A stretch of DNA of 64,000 nt from contig OZ251997.1 of assembly GCA_965247095.1 (NCBI GenBank), positions 2,848,001 to 2,912,000 on the forward strand, given 5' to 3'. Under the pieces are notes generated by a model. It was given only the letters and a program-made list of their open reading frames with translations, was not told the DNA's origin and did not search any database. The stretch comes from Candidatus Multivorans sp. (GTDB lineage: Bacteria; Acidobacteriota; Thermoanaerobaculia; Multivoradales; Multivoraceae). Positions 27,767-37,608 of the stretch are shown in pieces (the first letter of the stretch is position 1; each line of letters opens with the position of its first letter). The position numbers and the translations under genes are program-made.

Positions 27767-28783
27767 GTGTCAACGGAACACAACTGCCGGCGTCGCCGAC
27801 CTTTCGCTTGCGCCGGTTTCGTCGCCTTCCTAGTCATCACGTTCGCCGCCACGAGCCTCCCCGCCCAGAACCTCGCCTGGCAGGAACTCCCCGACATGCC
27901 GGCCGGCAAGTGGGAAGCAGCAACCACCGTGGTCGACGGGAAGTTCTACCTGTTCGCCGGCTACGAAGGCCGGGTCCGGTCGAGCAAACGGGTCGACGTG
28001 TTCGACCCGGCGGACGGAAGTTGGACGCGGATCCAGGACATGCCGAGTGCGGTCACGCACCTGAATGCGGTCCTGGACGGCCGCACGGTGTGGTTCGCCG
28101 GCGGTTTCAAGGACGGCTACAAGGGCCACGCGATTGCGGAGGTCTGGAGCTACGACCTGGACCAGGACCGCTACACCGCCGCGCCGCTCCTTCCCGAACC
28201 TCGCGCCGGCGGCGGTCTGGCGCTGATCGGCCGCAAGCTGCACTACATGGGCGGCCTCATGGCCGACCGCGACACCGACTCAGGAGACCACTGGGTGCTC
28301 GACTTGGACGACTGGGCGGCGGGATCGGCGAGCTGGCAGGACGCGGCGCCGATGCCCGACCCGCGCAACCAGTTCTCAGCAGTCGCGCTGGGGAATCGCA
28401 TCTACGCGGTCGGCGGCCAGTACCACCACGACAGCGTGCAGCTCGACCAGCCGCGGGTCGACATCTACGACGCCGACACCGATTCCTGGCGCCGCGGGCC
28501 TGACCTGCCAAAGGGCCACTCCCACGGCGAGGCCGGCACCTTCGTCCACGAGGGCAGGGTCGTCATGGTCGGCGGCCACACGACCCCGGCCGGCGGCACG
28601 AAGTCGATCGACCCGGACATCCTGGTCCTGGAGCCGGGCGGCGAGTGGGAGCTGTTCGGCAAGCTGCCGATGCCGCTGTCGTCGCCCGCCGCCGCGATCA
28701 TCGGCGGCCGGCTCTACGCCGCCGGCGGCTCGGCCACAGGCCGCGGCGCCCAGGCGAAGATGTGGGTGGCTGATCTGCCGTGA
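27767..28783 (+). CDS. Secreted Kelch-repeat protein
   Basis: Six repeats with Y..GG...W...MP signatures; N-terminal signal peptide. Confidence 0.88.
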   Translation: MSTEHNCRRRRPFACAGFVAFLVITFAATSLPAQNLAWQELPDMPAGKWEAATTVVDGKFYLFAGYEGRVRSSKRVDVFDPADGSWTRIQDMPSAVTHLNAVLDGRTVWFAGGFKDGYKGHAIAEVWSYDLDQDRYTAAPLLPEPRAGGGLALIGRKLHYMGGLMADRDTDSGDHWVLDLDDWAAGSASWQDAAPMPDPRNQFSAVALGNRIYAVGGQYHHDSVQLDQPRVDIYDADTDSWRRGPDLPKGHSHGEAGTFVHEGRVVMVGGHTTPAGGTKSIDPDILVLEPGGEWELFGKLPMPLSSPAAAIIGGRLYAAGGSATGRGAQAKMWVADLP

Positions 28784-28785
28784 GC

Positions 28786-29049
28786 CTAGCCGCCGCGTTG
28801 GTGCCAGAGTTCCTCGTCAGTCTCTCGGAACGACCCAACGGCGCGTTCGAACTCCCTGAACTCGTCCTCGGTCCACGAACCGGCCAGTCGACGAAGTCCG
28901 TTTCCCGGCTCTGTCTTTTCTGAGAGGCCGAGAGCCTCTCGCAGGAGAGCAAGCACGGTCCTGTTGAGCGACAGGCCCTTCTGAAGCGCTTCCGCCTCAA
29001 GGGCGGCCGCGAGATCCGGCGACACGTTTCGAATCGTCATCGTCTTCAT
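28786..29049 (-). CDS. FitA/VapB-like antitoxin, orphan
   Basis: MTIRNVSPDL..AL..EA...GLSLNRTVLALL...LAGSWTEDE...DEELW; no toxin gene downstream. Confidence 0.75.
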   Translation of the reverse strand: MKTMTIRNVSPDLAAALEAEALQKGLSLNRTVLALLREALGLSEKTEPGNGLRRLAGSWTEDEFREFERAVGSFRETDEELWHQRGG

Positions 29050-29137
29050 TGGGCCTCCTTCCGCGGGCGCGGTCGCAACGACGCAGTCTGTGCGGTCACT
29101 TCGCGGACTGCAAGCTGGCTTGAGAGTCGTCGCTGCC

Positions 29138-31877
29138 CTACTCGGCCTCCAGCGCTTGACGAGGATCTGCGCGAGAGGCCCGGCGGGCCGGGAGGTAAGA
29201 GGCCATCACGGCGATCGTCAGGAGCACCAGCGCCGCGGCGGCGAACGCCAGCGGGTCGCGCGGCGTCCGGTCGTCGAAGAGCAGCGGCTCGACGAACTTG
29301 CCGGCCCACAGCGCCACGAGCGCACCAGCCACGACACCGGCCGCCGCGAGCGAGACGCCGCGCGTCAGCACCATGCGCAGGAGATTGGGACCGGCGGGCG
29401 CCCAGGGCGCGCCGGATGCCGAACTCCAACTCGCGCTGGCGCACGCCGAAGGCGATGACGGCATAGAGCCCGATGGCGGCGAGCAGGACTGCCAGGAGGG
29501 CGGAGGCGGCGAACAAACGCGTTCCGGCTCTCCAGGTGCGGATTCGCGACGCGAAGACGGTGGAGAGGTTCTTGACGTGGTAGCCCGGCAGTTCCGGAAA
29601 CAGCTCGGCCAGGGCGCGAAGCACCGGTGCCACAACGCGCCCCGGGTTTCCGCCGGTGCGGGCGATCAGCGAACGCTGAATACTCCTCCAGCCGGCTAGC
29701 GCGGGGTCGGAGGATGTCTGGGAGATGGGCAGGTAGTAGACGGGGTCCCGATCGCTCTCCAGCACACCCCAATCTGCTGCGGGTTCCACCACGCCGACCA
29801 CCGTCGTACAGTCGGCGGCGCTGCCGACGAACAGACAACGGCCGACGGCGCTCTGACCGGGCCAGGCCTGCTGGGCGAACGACGGATTGACGACCGCGAC
29901 CTTCCGCGTGCCTTCGCGGTCCCACTCCGTGAAGCCACGCCCTTCCCGAATGTCCAGACCGGCGACGTCAAAGAAGTTGGCCGTCGTGAGATTCACATGG
30001 GGGCCGTAGCGGAACGGCAGGCGGTCGAGCCCCTCGATTCGCAGGTCTCCGTACGCTGCACCACCACCCCCCATCGGTGAACTCGTTCCCTGTGCAACAT
30101 CCAGCACCTCCGGCACACCCCTCACGCGGTCCTCCATGGCATGGATTGCGCTCTCGTCGAGCGGTGCGCCGCCCAGGCCATCCAGGCGGGTGTCACCGTG
30201 AAAGCTCCCCAGTGTCACCGTGAGCAGGTGTTCCTTCGCATAGCCGACGTCCACCTGGCGCGCCGCTTCGAATGAACGGTAGAACACGGCCGTCCCGCTG
30301 AGCAGGACCACCGACAGCGCGGCCTGGACCACGATCAGGCCGGTGCGGACGGGCGTCCCGAGCGCGCGGGCGCCCCGCGAGCTGTCGAGCTTCTCGATTC
30401 CCCGGCTGCGCGCCGCGTACAGGCCAGGGGCCAGGGCTGCCACCAGGCCGATCCCAAGCACGGCGATTCCGGTGAAACCGATCGCCGTGACGCCCAGCGG
30501 ATCTTCGGCCCACTTGTGATCTGGCAAGAGCGTGCGGCGAAGGGCGTCGCCGGTGACCGCGGCAACGGCCAGCGCCGCAATGCCGGAGAGGGCGGCGAGT
30601 ACCAGACTCTCGATCACCAGGAGACGTCCGATTCCCCATCGTCCCAGGCCGAGCGCGTAGCGCACCGCCAACTCGCGTCGCCTGGCAGCGACCCGCAGCA
30701 TCAGCAGGTTCGACATGTTGACGGCCGCGATGAGGAGCACCACAAGGGCGATCCCGCCTGCGATAAGCGGCAGGCGCATGTGGCGCCGCAGCGTGGTGGG
30801 GCCGCGGGTTCGAAGTATCGGGCCCAGAGCCACGGTCGCCTCCGGGTCCAGGGAGTCCGAGAACCGCGAGCCGGCACGCGCCGCCCGGACGGCGGCCGTC
30901 GCCGCGGCGCCAGCGGCCTCCTCCGTCGCCCCAGGCGCCAGCCGTACGAATGGAGTGAGGTAGAAGGTGGTTCCGTATCGTCTCCAACTGTTCCCTCGGC
31001 TGGCTGTTGCCGCGTGTTCGAGAGGCAGCCACACGTCGACCGCGTTGGAGCGGGGCCCGGAGAAGCCGGGCGGCATCACGCCGACGACGAGGTAGGTGAT
31101 GTCGTCGAAGCTGAGCGTTACGCCGAGTGCTTCTTCTGCGCTGCCGAACCGCTGCCGCCGGTAGCCGTCGCTGATCACGGCGACGGGTTGCGCCGCCAGG
31201 TCGTCGTCCCCGGCAGCGATCAGCCTTCCGACCGTTGGAGCCACGCCAAGGAAGTCGAGGAACTCTCCCGTGACCCAGGAGACCCTGAGGGTCTCGGCGC
31301 GCTGGCCGCGTCCGTTCGTTCTGAACGAGACTCTGTGGCCCGCGACGCCGTCGATCAGTGCGTTGTCGGCGCTCAGCGCGGTGAAGTCGAGCCACTGCAT
31401 CGCGTCGATTACCCAGGTTCGTCCCGTGGAGGCGCCGCGATCGTCTGGATCGACGCGCTCGCGGAGCCAGACGCGATGGACGCCGTCCGGGTCCTCGATG
31501 TGGGGCGGCGCCTGGAGAAAGAGGCGGGACAGCATCTCGTACATCGGGGCATTGAGTCCGATGCCGAGCGCCAGGGTGAGGACGACGGCGCACGTGTAGC
31601 CGATGTTGCGTCGCATCATCCGGAATGCGGAACCGATGTCCTTGAGGAAGCGCTCCACGGGCGCCCAGCCCCAGGTTTCCCGCGTCAGTTCGCGAATCAG
31701 CGTGACGTTGCCGAAGTTGCGCCGTGCCTCGGCGTGGGCCTGATCGGGAGGCTGCCCGGCATCTATCCGTTCTTCCGTCTCTTCGGCGAGATGGAAGTGG
31801 ATCTCTTCTTCGAGTTCGGCGTCCCTCCGTGGGCGATCCCAGACCGAACGCAGGCGAAACCGGAACTGCTTCAGCAT
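29138..31877 (-). pseudogene. ADOP-type duplicated ABC permease with a +1 frameshift near 29395
   Basis: Paralog of 31891-34611. After GIRRALGAR one extra base shifts the frame; the matching C-terminus (LLRMVL...ADPRQALEAE) lies in ORF 29138-29635. Confidence 0.85.
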
Positions 31878-31890
31878 CGGGTTTGCCGTG

Positions 31891-34611
31891 CTACTCCGCC
31901 TCCAACGCCTGACGGGGATCGGCGCGAGCAGCCCGACGGGCCGGGAGGTACGAGGCCAACACGGCGATCGTCAGGAGCACCAGCGCCGCGGCGGCGAACG
32001 CCAGCGGGTCGCGGGGAGTCCGGTCGTCGAAGAGCAGCGGTTCGATGAACTTGCCGGCCCAGAGCGCGACGAGCGCGCCGGCCACGACACCAGCCGCCGC
32101 CAGCGAGAAGCCTCGTGCCAGCACCATCCGCAGGAGGTCCGAGGCCCGGGCGCCCAGGGCGCGCCGGATGCCGAACTCGAGTTCGCGCTGCCGTACGCCG
32201 AACGCGATGACCGCATAGAGACCAATGGCTGCGAGCAGCACCGCCAGGAGTGCCGCGGCGCCGAACAGCCCCGTTCCGATGGTCCACGTTCGGATGCGCG
32301 GCGCGAAGACAGTGGGGAGGCTTCGCACGCTGTGGCGCGGCAGGTCGGGGAACAAGTCCGCCAAGGCGAGGAGCGTTGGCTGCACCACTCGCCCGGGGTT
32401 CCCGCGAGTCCGGACGATCAACGTGCGCATGTTGTTGACGAAGCTGGCCTGAATGGTGTTCGACGAAGCCTGGGAGATGGGCAGGTAGTAGACCGCTACG
32501 CGATCGGCGTCCAAGAGACCCTTTTCGAGGGCGGATTCGGCGACGCCAACCACCGTCGTGCAGTCTGTGGACGCGTCGCCGAAGAAGAGGCACCGGCCGA
32601 CGGCGCTCTTGCCGGGCCAGACGCCGCGAGCGAACGTGGTGTCTACGACCGCGACCCTCTGAGTCTCTGCGCGATCCCACTCGGTAAAGCCACGACCTTC
32701 CAGAATCGCCAGGCCTGCGACGCGGAAGAAATTGGGCGTCGTGAGGCTCACGTAGGGACCTTCGTTGAAAGGCAGGCGGTCCAGCCCTTCGACCCGCGGT
32801 GGCGGCATCGCTGCCATCGACGACATCGGTGAGTTCGTTCCCTGGGCGACATCCAGGACCTCCGGCAGTGACCGGAGTCGAGACTCCAGTGCGTTGATCG
32901 TGGTTTCATCGGGCGATCCGGCGGTACGAAAGCTCGCCAGGTTCACCGTGATCAGGTTCTCCTTCGCATAGCCGACGTCCACCTGACGCGCCGCTTCGAA
33001 CGAGCGGTAGAAGATGGCCGCGCCGCTGAGCAGGATCAGCGACAGGGCGGCTTGACCGACGATCAGACCGGTACGGACCGGCATTCCGAGTGCAGCACGG
33101 GCGCCTCGCGAACTGTCGAGCTTCTCGATGCCGCGGCTCCGCGCTGCATACACGGCGGGCGCCAGGGCTGCCCCGAGGCCGATGACGAGTACGGCGGTGG
33201 CGGTGAAGCCGATCGCGGTGCCGTCCAATGGCTCTTGAGCCCATTGAAAGCCCGGCAAGAGCGTGACCCGCAGAGAGCGGCCGGCGAGCGCGGCCACGAC
33301 CAGCGCCGCTACGCCCGAGACAGCGGAGAGCACGACGCACTCGACAACCAGCAGGCGTCCCACGCCCCATCTCCCCGCGCCGAGTGCATTGCGAACGGCA
33401 AGCTCCCGTCGACGGGCCGCGACCCGCACTATCAGCAGGTTCGACATGTTGGCGGTCGCGATCAGGAGCACGACCAGGGCTGCGCCGCCCACGACCAGCG
33501 GCAGGCGCATCTGACCCGGCAACGCGGAGGGTCCGCGGCTCCGCAGTATGGGACCCAGCACAACGGTTGGCTCAGGGTCCCGTGCCTCGGGCATCCGCGA
33601 TGTGGCTCGCGCCGCGCGCACCGCGGCGGTTGCCGCGGCGGCCGCGGGTTCCGCCCTCACTCCGGGCGCCAGGCGAGCCAATGCCGTCAGGGAGAATCCA
33701 GTGAGGGACTGCCTCCAGGAGTCGCCGCGGATGGCCGTGGCCGCGAGTTGGAGAGGCAGCCAGAGCTCGGCCGCGTTGGGGTCGGGGCCGGCGAAACCGG
33801 GCGGCAGGACGCCGACGATGACGTATGTGACGTCGTTGAAGCTGAGGTTTGCTCCGAGGGCTTCCGGTGAACGCTCGAACCGTTGCCGCCAGTAGGCATC
33901 GCTGATCACCGCTGCCGGTGTCGCCGCCAGATCGTCGTCTTCGGGTTGGAGCAGCCTGCCTAGCGCGGGTTGAACCCCCAGGAGCGCGAAGAACTCTCCG
34001 GTTACCGAGGAAACCTGTAGCTCCTCCGCGCTCTGGCCCCGTCCGTTCTGCATCCGCGCCGGAGCCGTGTAGCCGGCGACAGCGCTGAACCGGTCAGGGT
34101 CATCGCGGAGCGAGTTGAACTCCGCCCAGTCCATTCGGTCTCTGGTGGCAGAAGGGCCCGTGAAGACGCCCCGGTCAACCGCATCGCCCCTTTCCCGCAC
34201 CCAGATGCGGTGAATTCCCTCCGGATCCTCGATGTGTGGGGGCGCTTGGAGGAACAGCCGGGAAAGCAGGTCGTACATCGCGGCGTTCAGTCCGATGCCC
34301 AGTGCCAGCGTGAGGACCACGGCGCAGGTGTAGCCGGTATTGCGTCGCATCATCCGGAACGCGGCGCCGATGTCCTTGAGGAGGCGCTCCACGGGCGCCC
34401 AGCCCCAGCTCTCGCGCGTCAGTTCGCGAGTCAGCGTGAGGTTGCCGAAGTCGCGCTGCGCGGCCGTGCGGGCCTGTTCGGGAGACAGGCCCGCCTGGAT
34501 CCGCTCTTCCATCTCTTCGGCGAGATGGAACCGGATCTCGTCGTCGAGTTCGGCGTCCTTGCGCCGCCGGTGCAATATGGAGCGCAGTCGGTTGTAGAGC
34601 AGCCGCAGCAT
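31891..34611 (-). CDS. ADOP-type (MacB/FtsX duplicated) ABC permease
   Basis: DAELDDEIRFHL...RDFGN; VLTLALGIGLN; RRRELAVRNALGAGR; GLYAVIAFGVRQRELEFGIRRALGA; LPARRAARADP. Confidence 0.92.
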   Translation of the reverse strand: MLRLLYNRLRSILHRRRKDAELDDEIRFHLAEEMEERIQAGLSPEQARTAAQRDFGNLTLTRELTRESWGWAPVERLLKDIGAAFRMMRRNTGYTCAVVLTLALGIGLNAAMYDLLSRLFLQAPPHIEDPEGIHRIWVRERGDAVDRGVFTGPSATRDRMDWAEFNSLRDDPDRFSAVAGYTAPARMQNGRGQSAEELQVSSVTGEFFALLGVQPALGRLLQPEDDDLAATPAAVISDAYWRQRFERSPEALGANLSFNDVTYVIVGVLPPGFAGPDPNAAELWLPLQLAATAIRGDSWRQSLTGFSLTALARLAPGVRAEPAAAAATAAVRAARATSRMPEARDPEPTVVLGPILRSRGPSALPGQMRLPLVVGGAALVVLLIATANMSNLLIVRVAARRRELAVRNALGAGRWGVGRLLVVECVVLSAVSGVAALVVAALAGRSLRVTLLPGFQWAQEPLDGTAIGFTATAVLVIGLGAALAPAVYAARSRGIEKLDSSRGARAALGMPVRTGLIVGQAALSLILLSGAAIFYRSFEAARQVDVGYAKENLITVNLASFRTAGSPDETTINALESRLRSLPEVLDVAQGTNSPMSSMAAMPPPRVEGLDRLPFNEGPYVSLTTPNFFRVAGLAILEGRGFTEWDRAETQRVAVVDTTFARGVWPGKSAVGRCLFFGDASTDCTTVVGVAESALEKGLLDADRVAVYYLPISQASSNTIQASFVNNMRTLIVRTRGNPGRVVQPTLLALADLFPDLPRHSVRSLPTVFAPRIRTWTIGTGLFGAAALLAVLLAAIGLYAVIAFGVRQRELEFGIRRALGARASDLLRMVLARGFSLAAAGVVAGALVALWAGKFIEPLLFDDRTPRDPLAFAAAALVLLTIAVLASYLPARRAARADPRQALEAE

Positions 34612-34630
34612 TTCCCCGTGCCCCCCGCCC

Positions 34631-34972
34631 TTACTCCGCCGGACGAAGCACCCTGGTGACGGCAACCGAGAGTTGCTGCCATCGCGACTGCTCCACTACG
34701 AGCTGCCGCCGCCCGGTCCTCGTGAGGCGGTAGTACTTGGCGCGCTTGCCCATGTCGGAGGTTTTCCACTCCGCCGCAATCCAACCGCGTGTTTCCAGCC
34801 GGTGGAGCGCGGGGTAGAGCGACCCGGTTTCGATGCGGAGCGCATCTTCCGACACGCGCTGGATGTGCCCGGCGATCGCGTGGCCGTGCGCCGGGCCGTA
34901 GACCAGGGTCCGCAAGATGAGCAGGTCCAGGGTGCCGTACAGGAGTTGATTGCGGGGACTTGCTGGCGTCAT
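34631..34972 (-). CDS. PadR-family transcriptional regulator (acidobacterial type)
   Basis: LLYGTLDLLILRTL..GPAHGHAI...GSLYPALHRLE..GWI..EW...RAKYYRLT..GRRQL. Confidence 0.93.
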   Translation of the reverse strand: MTPASPRNQLLYGTLDLLILRTLVYGPAHGHAIAGHIQRVSEDALRIETGSLYPALHRLETRGWIAAEWKTSDMGKRAKYYRLTRTGRRQLVVEQSRWQQLSVAVTRVLRPAE

Positions 34973-34973
34973 A

Positions 34974-35014
34974 GTGTAGACAAGCTACTCCATAATGACG
35001 TAGATTGTCTACAC
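34974..35014. promoter_or_regulatory. Double PadR-type operator in the 43-bp divergent intergenic region
   Basis: GTGTAGACAAGCTAC (34974-34988) and GTAGATTGTCTACAC (35000-35014) form a 15-bp inverted repeat with one mismatch; each half contains GTAG-N5-CTAC. Confidence 0.75.
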
Positions 35015-35015
35015 C

Positions 35016-35687
35016 ATGAGTACACTGATCCACTTGGAGAGTGTTTCCAAGATCTTCTACACGGACGAGATCGAAACCCGCGCGCTCGATGGAGTCACCC
35101 TGGACATCGACTCCGGGGAGTACGTGGCCGTTTCCGGCCCGTCCGGCTGCGGCAAGTCGACCTTGCTGTCGATCCTCGGTTTGCTCGATACGCCGACGGC
35201 GGGCGACTACACCCTGAACGGCTACGCGGTGGCGCAGCTCAAGCAATCCGAACGGGCGCGCATCCGCAACCGGGAGATCGGCTTCATCTTCCAGAACTTC
35301 AACCTGATTGGCGACCTGACCGTTTACGAGAACGTTGAGCTTCCACTCACCTACCGCGGAATCCGGCCGGCGGAGCGGCGCGAACTGGTCAACCAGGCAT
35401 TGGAGAAGGTGGAGATGGCGCCGCGGGCGAAACACCTGCCGAGCCAGCTCTCGGGTGGGCAGCAGCAGCGGGTGGCGGTCGCACGAGCCGTTGCCGGCCA
35501 GCCTTCGATTCTGCTTGCCGACGAGCCGACCGGGAACCTCGACTCGAAGAACGGCGAGGCGGTGATGGGCCTGCTGCGGACGCTGCACGAGGAGGGGTCG
35601 ACGATCTGCACGGTGACCCACGATCCGCGCTACGCCGACTATGCGGAGCGGGAAATTCAACTGTTCGACGGGCGGGCGACGACCTGA
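35016..35687 (+). CDS. ABC transporter ATP-binding protein (MacB/LolD-like)
   Basis: GPSGCGKST; LSGGQQQRVAVARA; LADEPTGNLD; VTHD. Confidence 0.95.
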   Translation: MSTLIHLESVSKIFYTDEIETRALDGVTLDIDSGEYVAVSGPSGCGKSTLLSILGLLDTPTAGDYTLNGYAVAQLKQSERARIRNREIGFIFQNFNLIGDLTVYENVELPLTYRGIRPAERRELVNQALEKVEMAPRAKHLPSQLSGGQQQRVAVARAVAGQPSILLADEPTGNLDSKNGEAVMGLLRTLHEEGSTICTVTHDPRYADYAEREIQLFDGRATT

Positions 35688-35713
35688 ACGGCTAGGCCAT
35701 CTTGGCAACCGGA

Positions 35714-36967
35714 ATGGACATCGCGAGACCGGACCTGGCGCGGAAGAAAAAGGTCCGCCGGGTGACGTACTTCTCCCTCGCGGGCGTCTTGCTCGTGCTG
35801 GTCACGCTCGGCTTGCAACAGGTCCAGCCGACGGCGCCTCGAGTTGACCGCGACGCCGTCTACATCGACACGGTGCGGCGGGGCCCGCTGATCCGCGAGG
35901 TGCGGGGGAGAGGAACCCTGGTGCCGGAGAAGATCCGGTGGATTCCAGCGACGACGGAGGGCACCGTCGAGAGGATCGTGATCGATCCGGGGGCCGAGGT
36001 GACACCGAATTCGGTCATCGTCGAACTGAGCAACCCGGAACTCGAGCACCAGGCGAGAGAAGCGGAGCTCAACCTGCGCGCTGCCGAGGCGCGCTACGAG
36101 AACCGCAAGGTGGAACTCGAGAGCGAGTTGCTCATGCAGCGCGCGGGGCTCGCGAGTGTTGAGGCCGCACTGGTCGTTGCCCGGCTCGAGGCGGACGCCG
36201 ACGCCGAGCTGGCGAAGAATGGTCTGGCCTCCGCCATCGAGGTTCAGCGGGCGCAGGCGTCCAAGCGGGAACACGAAACGCGGTTCGCGTTGGAGCAGGA
36301 GCGTCTCGGCATCGCGGAAAGGACAATGGCGGCAAAGCTCGCCGTCGAGCGCACGGAGGTGGATCGGCTACGAGGCCTGTGGGAGCTCCGGCTCGATCAG
36401 GTCGCCGACCTGCAGGTCCGGGCCGGCATGCACGGCGTCCTCCAGCAGGTACCGCTCGACGAGGGCCAGCGCGTTACCGCGGGCACGAATCTGGCCCGAG
36501 TCGGCGACCCCACGGTGCTGAAGGCCGAGCTACGGATTGCCGAGACGCAGGCCAAGGACGTTCAGATCGGGCAGGTCGCGTCGGTCGACACGCGAAACGG
36601 GATCGTTCCGGGTCGCGTGGTACGGATCGATCCGGCGGTGGAAGAGGGGACGGTGACGGTCGATGTCGCGCTCGAAGGCAAACTGCCGCGCGGGGCGCGG
36701 CCGGACTTGACTGTCGCCGGGACGATCGAGCTCGAGCGGCTCGAGGAGGTGCTCTTCGTAGGTCGGCCGGTCGTCGGTCAGGAAGAGAGCGAAGTCAGTC
36801 TCTTCCGACTCGACGGCGAAGGGAACGGCGCTACCCGCACCCGCGTGCTCCTGGGGAGAAGCTCGGCCAACACGATCGAAGTAGTGGACGGGTTGCAGCC
36901 CGGCGACCAGGTCGTGCTGTCGGACATGTCCGCTTGGGACGAGTTCGATCGCGTTCGTATCGATTGA
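35714..36967 (+). CDS. HlyD/MacA-family periplasmic adaptor subunit
   Basis: MDIAR, N-terminal TM, VRRGPLIREVRGRGTLVP, coiled coil, PRGARPDL.V.GTIE, GLQPGDQVVLSD. Confidence 0.9.
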   Translation: MDIARPDLARKKKVRRVTYFSLAGVLLVLVTLGLQQVQPTAPRVDRDAVYIDTVRRGPLIREVRGRGTLVPEKIRWIPATTEGTVERIVIDPGAEVTPNSVIVELSNPELEHQAREAELNLRAAEARYENRKVELESELLMQRAGLASVEAALVVARLEADADAELAKNGLASAIEVQRAQASKREHETRFALEQERLGIAERTMAAKLAVERTEVDRLRGLWELRLDQVADLQVRAGMHGVLQQVPLDEGQRVTAGTNLARVGDPTVLKAELRIAETQAKDVQIGQVASVDTRNGIVPGRVVRIDPAVEEGTVTVDVALEGKLPRGARPDLTVAGTIELERLEEVLFVGRPVVGQEESEVSLFRLDGEGNGATRTRVLLGRSSANTIEVVDGLQPGDQVVLSDMSAWDEFDRVRID

Positions 36968-37003
36968 CGCCCTTCGGAGGCCAACTGCGGCGGAGGCCGG
37001 CGA

Positions 37004-37044
37004 GAACCCGGGTGGCGCGGATCGCGCCACCCGGGTTCCCAGGG
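37004..37044 (-). repeat. REP hairpin-1 unit between convergent genes (possible terminator role)
   Basis: GAACCCGGGTGGCGCG-GAT-CGCGCCACCCGGGTTC long palindrome. Confidence 0.85.
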
Positions 37045-37048
37045 GCTC

Positions 37049-37246
37049 CTACCCCATCCAGAAGCCCTTGCGGTGCGAGACGCCGAGGACCTTCTTGCAT
37101 AGCGCGCAGAAGTAGACGTAGCGCTTGCCGAGGACTCCCGAGATGGACCGGAAGTAGATGCCCACCGGCTGCTCGCAGTGCGGGCATAGGGGCGTGATGT
37201 CGTTGCGTTCTTCAGCCTGCATCAATGGGGTTGTCTCCTCTCCCAT
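37049..37246 (-). CDS. Small zinc-ribbon protein
   Basis: CPHC...CALC followed by VLGVSHRKGFWMG. Confidence 0.7.
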   Translation of the reverse strand: MGEETTPLMQAEERNDITPLCPHCEQPVGIYFRSISGVLGKRYVYFCALCKKVLGVSHRKGFWMG

Positions 37247-37288
37247 GGCTTCGTTGTTCGGTGAAGAGGTGCTTTGGAGGGAACCCCG

Positions 37289-37540
37289 TCAGCCAAGCAG
37301 CCGCGCCAACACGCTCACCGCGGCCGCACCGACGGTCAGCGCGACACCTACCGCCCACAGAACAAGCCGCCGCTCCAGATTGGCCAAGTCTGATCGTAGA
37401 TCGGCGCGAGTGACCAACCCCGAAATGGCCCCGGAGCATCCGTCCTCTATCGCGCGGGCGTGGGCCTGAGCCTGTCTCTCAGCGACGCCAGCATCGCGAA
37501 GCGTGTCGGCGGTGTGGAGCGTGTCGGTCGCAGCAGCCAT
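37289..37540 (-). CDS. DUF1640/CCDC90-like coiled-coil membrane-anchored protein
   Basis: DTLHTADTLRDAGVAERQAQAHARAI...LVTRADL...LERRL plus a C-terminal TM helix. Confidence 0.7.
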   Translation of the reverse strand: MAAATDTLHTADTLRDAGVAERQAQAHARAIEDGCSGAISGLVTRADLRSDLANLERRLVLWAVGVALTVGAAAVSVLARLLG

Positions 37541-37608
37541 TGCAAGAAGATCGTAGCGCATCTGGCCCCTTCCCCGTGATGTCGCGGCCGGTCCACTCTG
37601 TCGCTGCT

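Noticed and set aside
29385-29405. Programmed ribosomal frameshift in the permease
   Set aside because: No slippery heptamer, and the adjacent paralog is intact; a single-base insertion or sequencing error is simpler.
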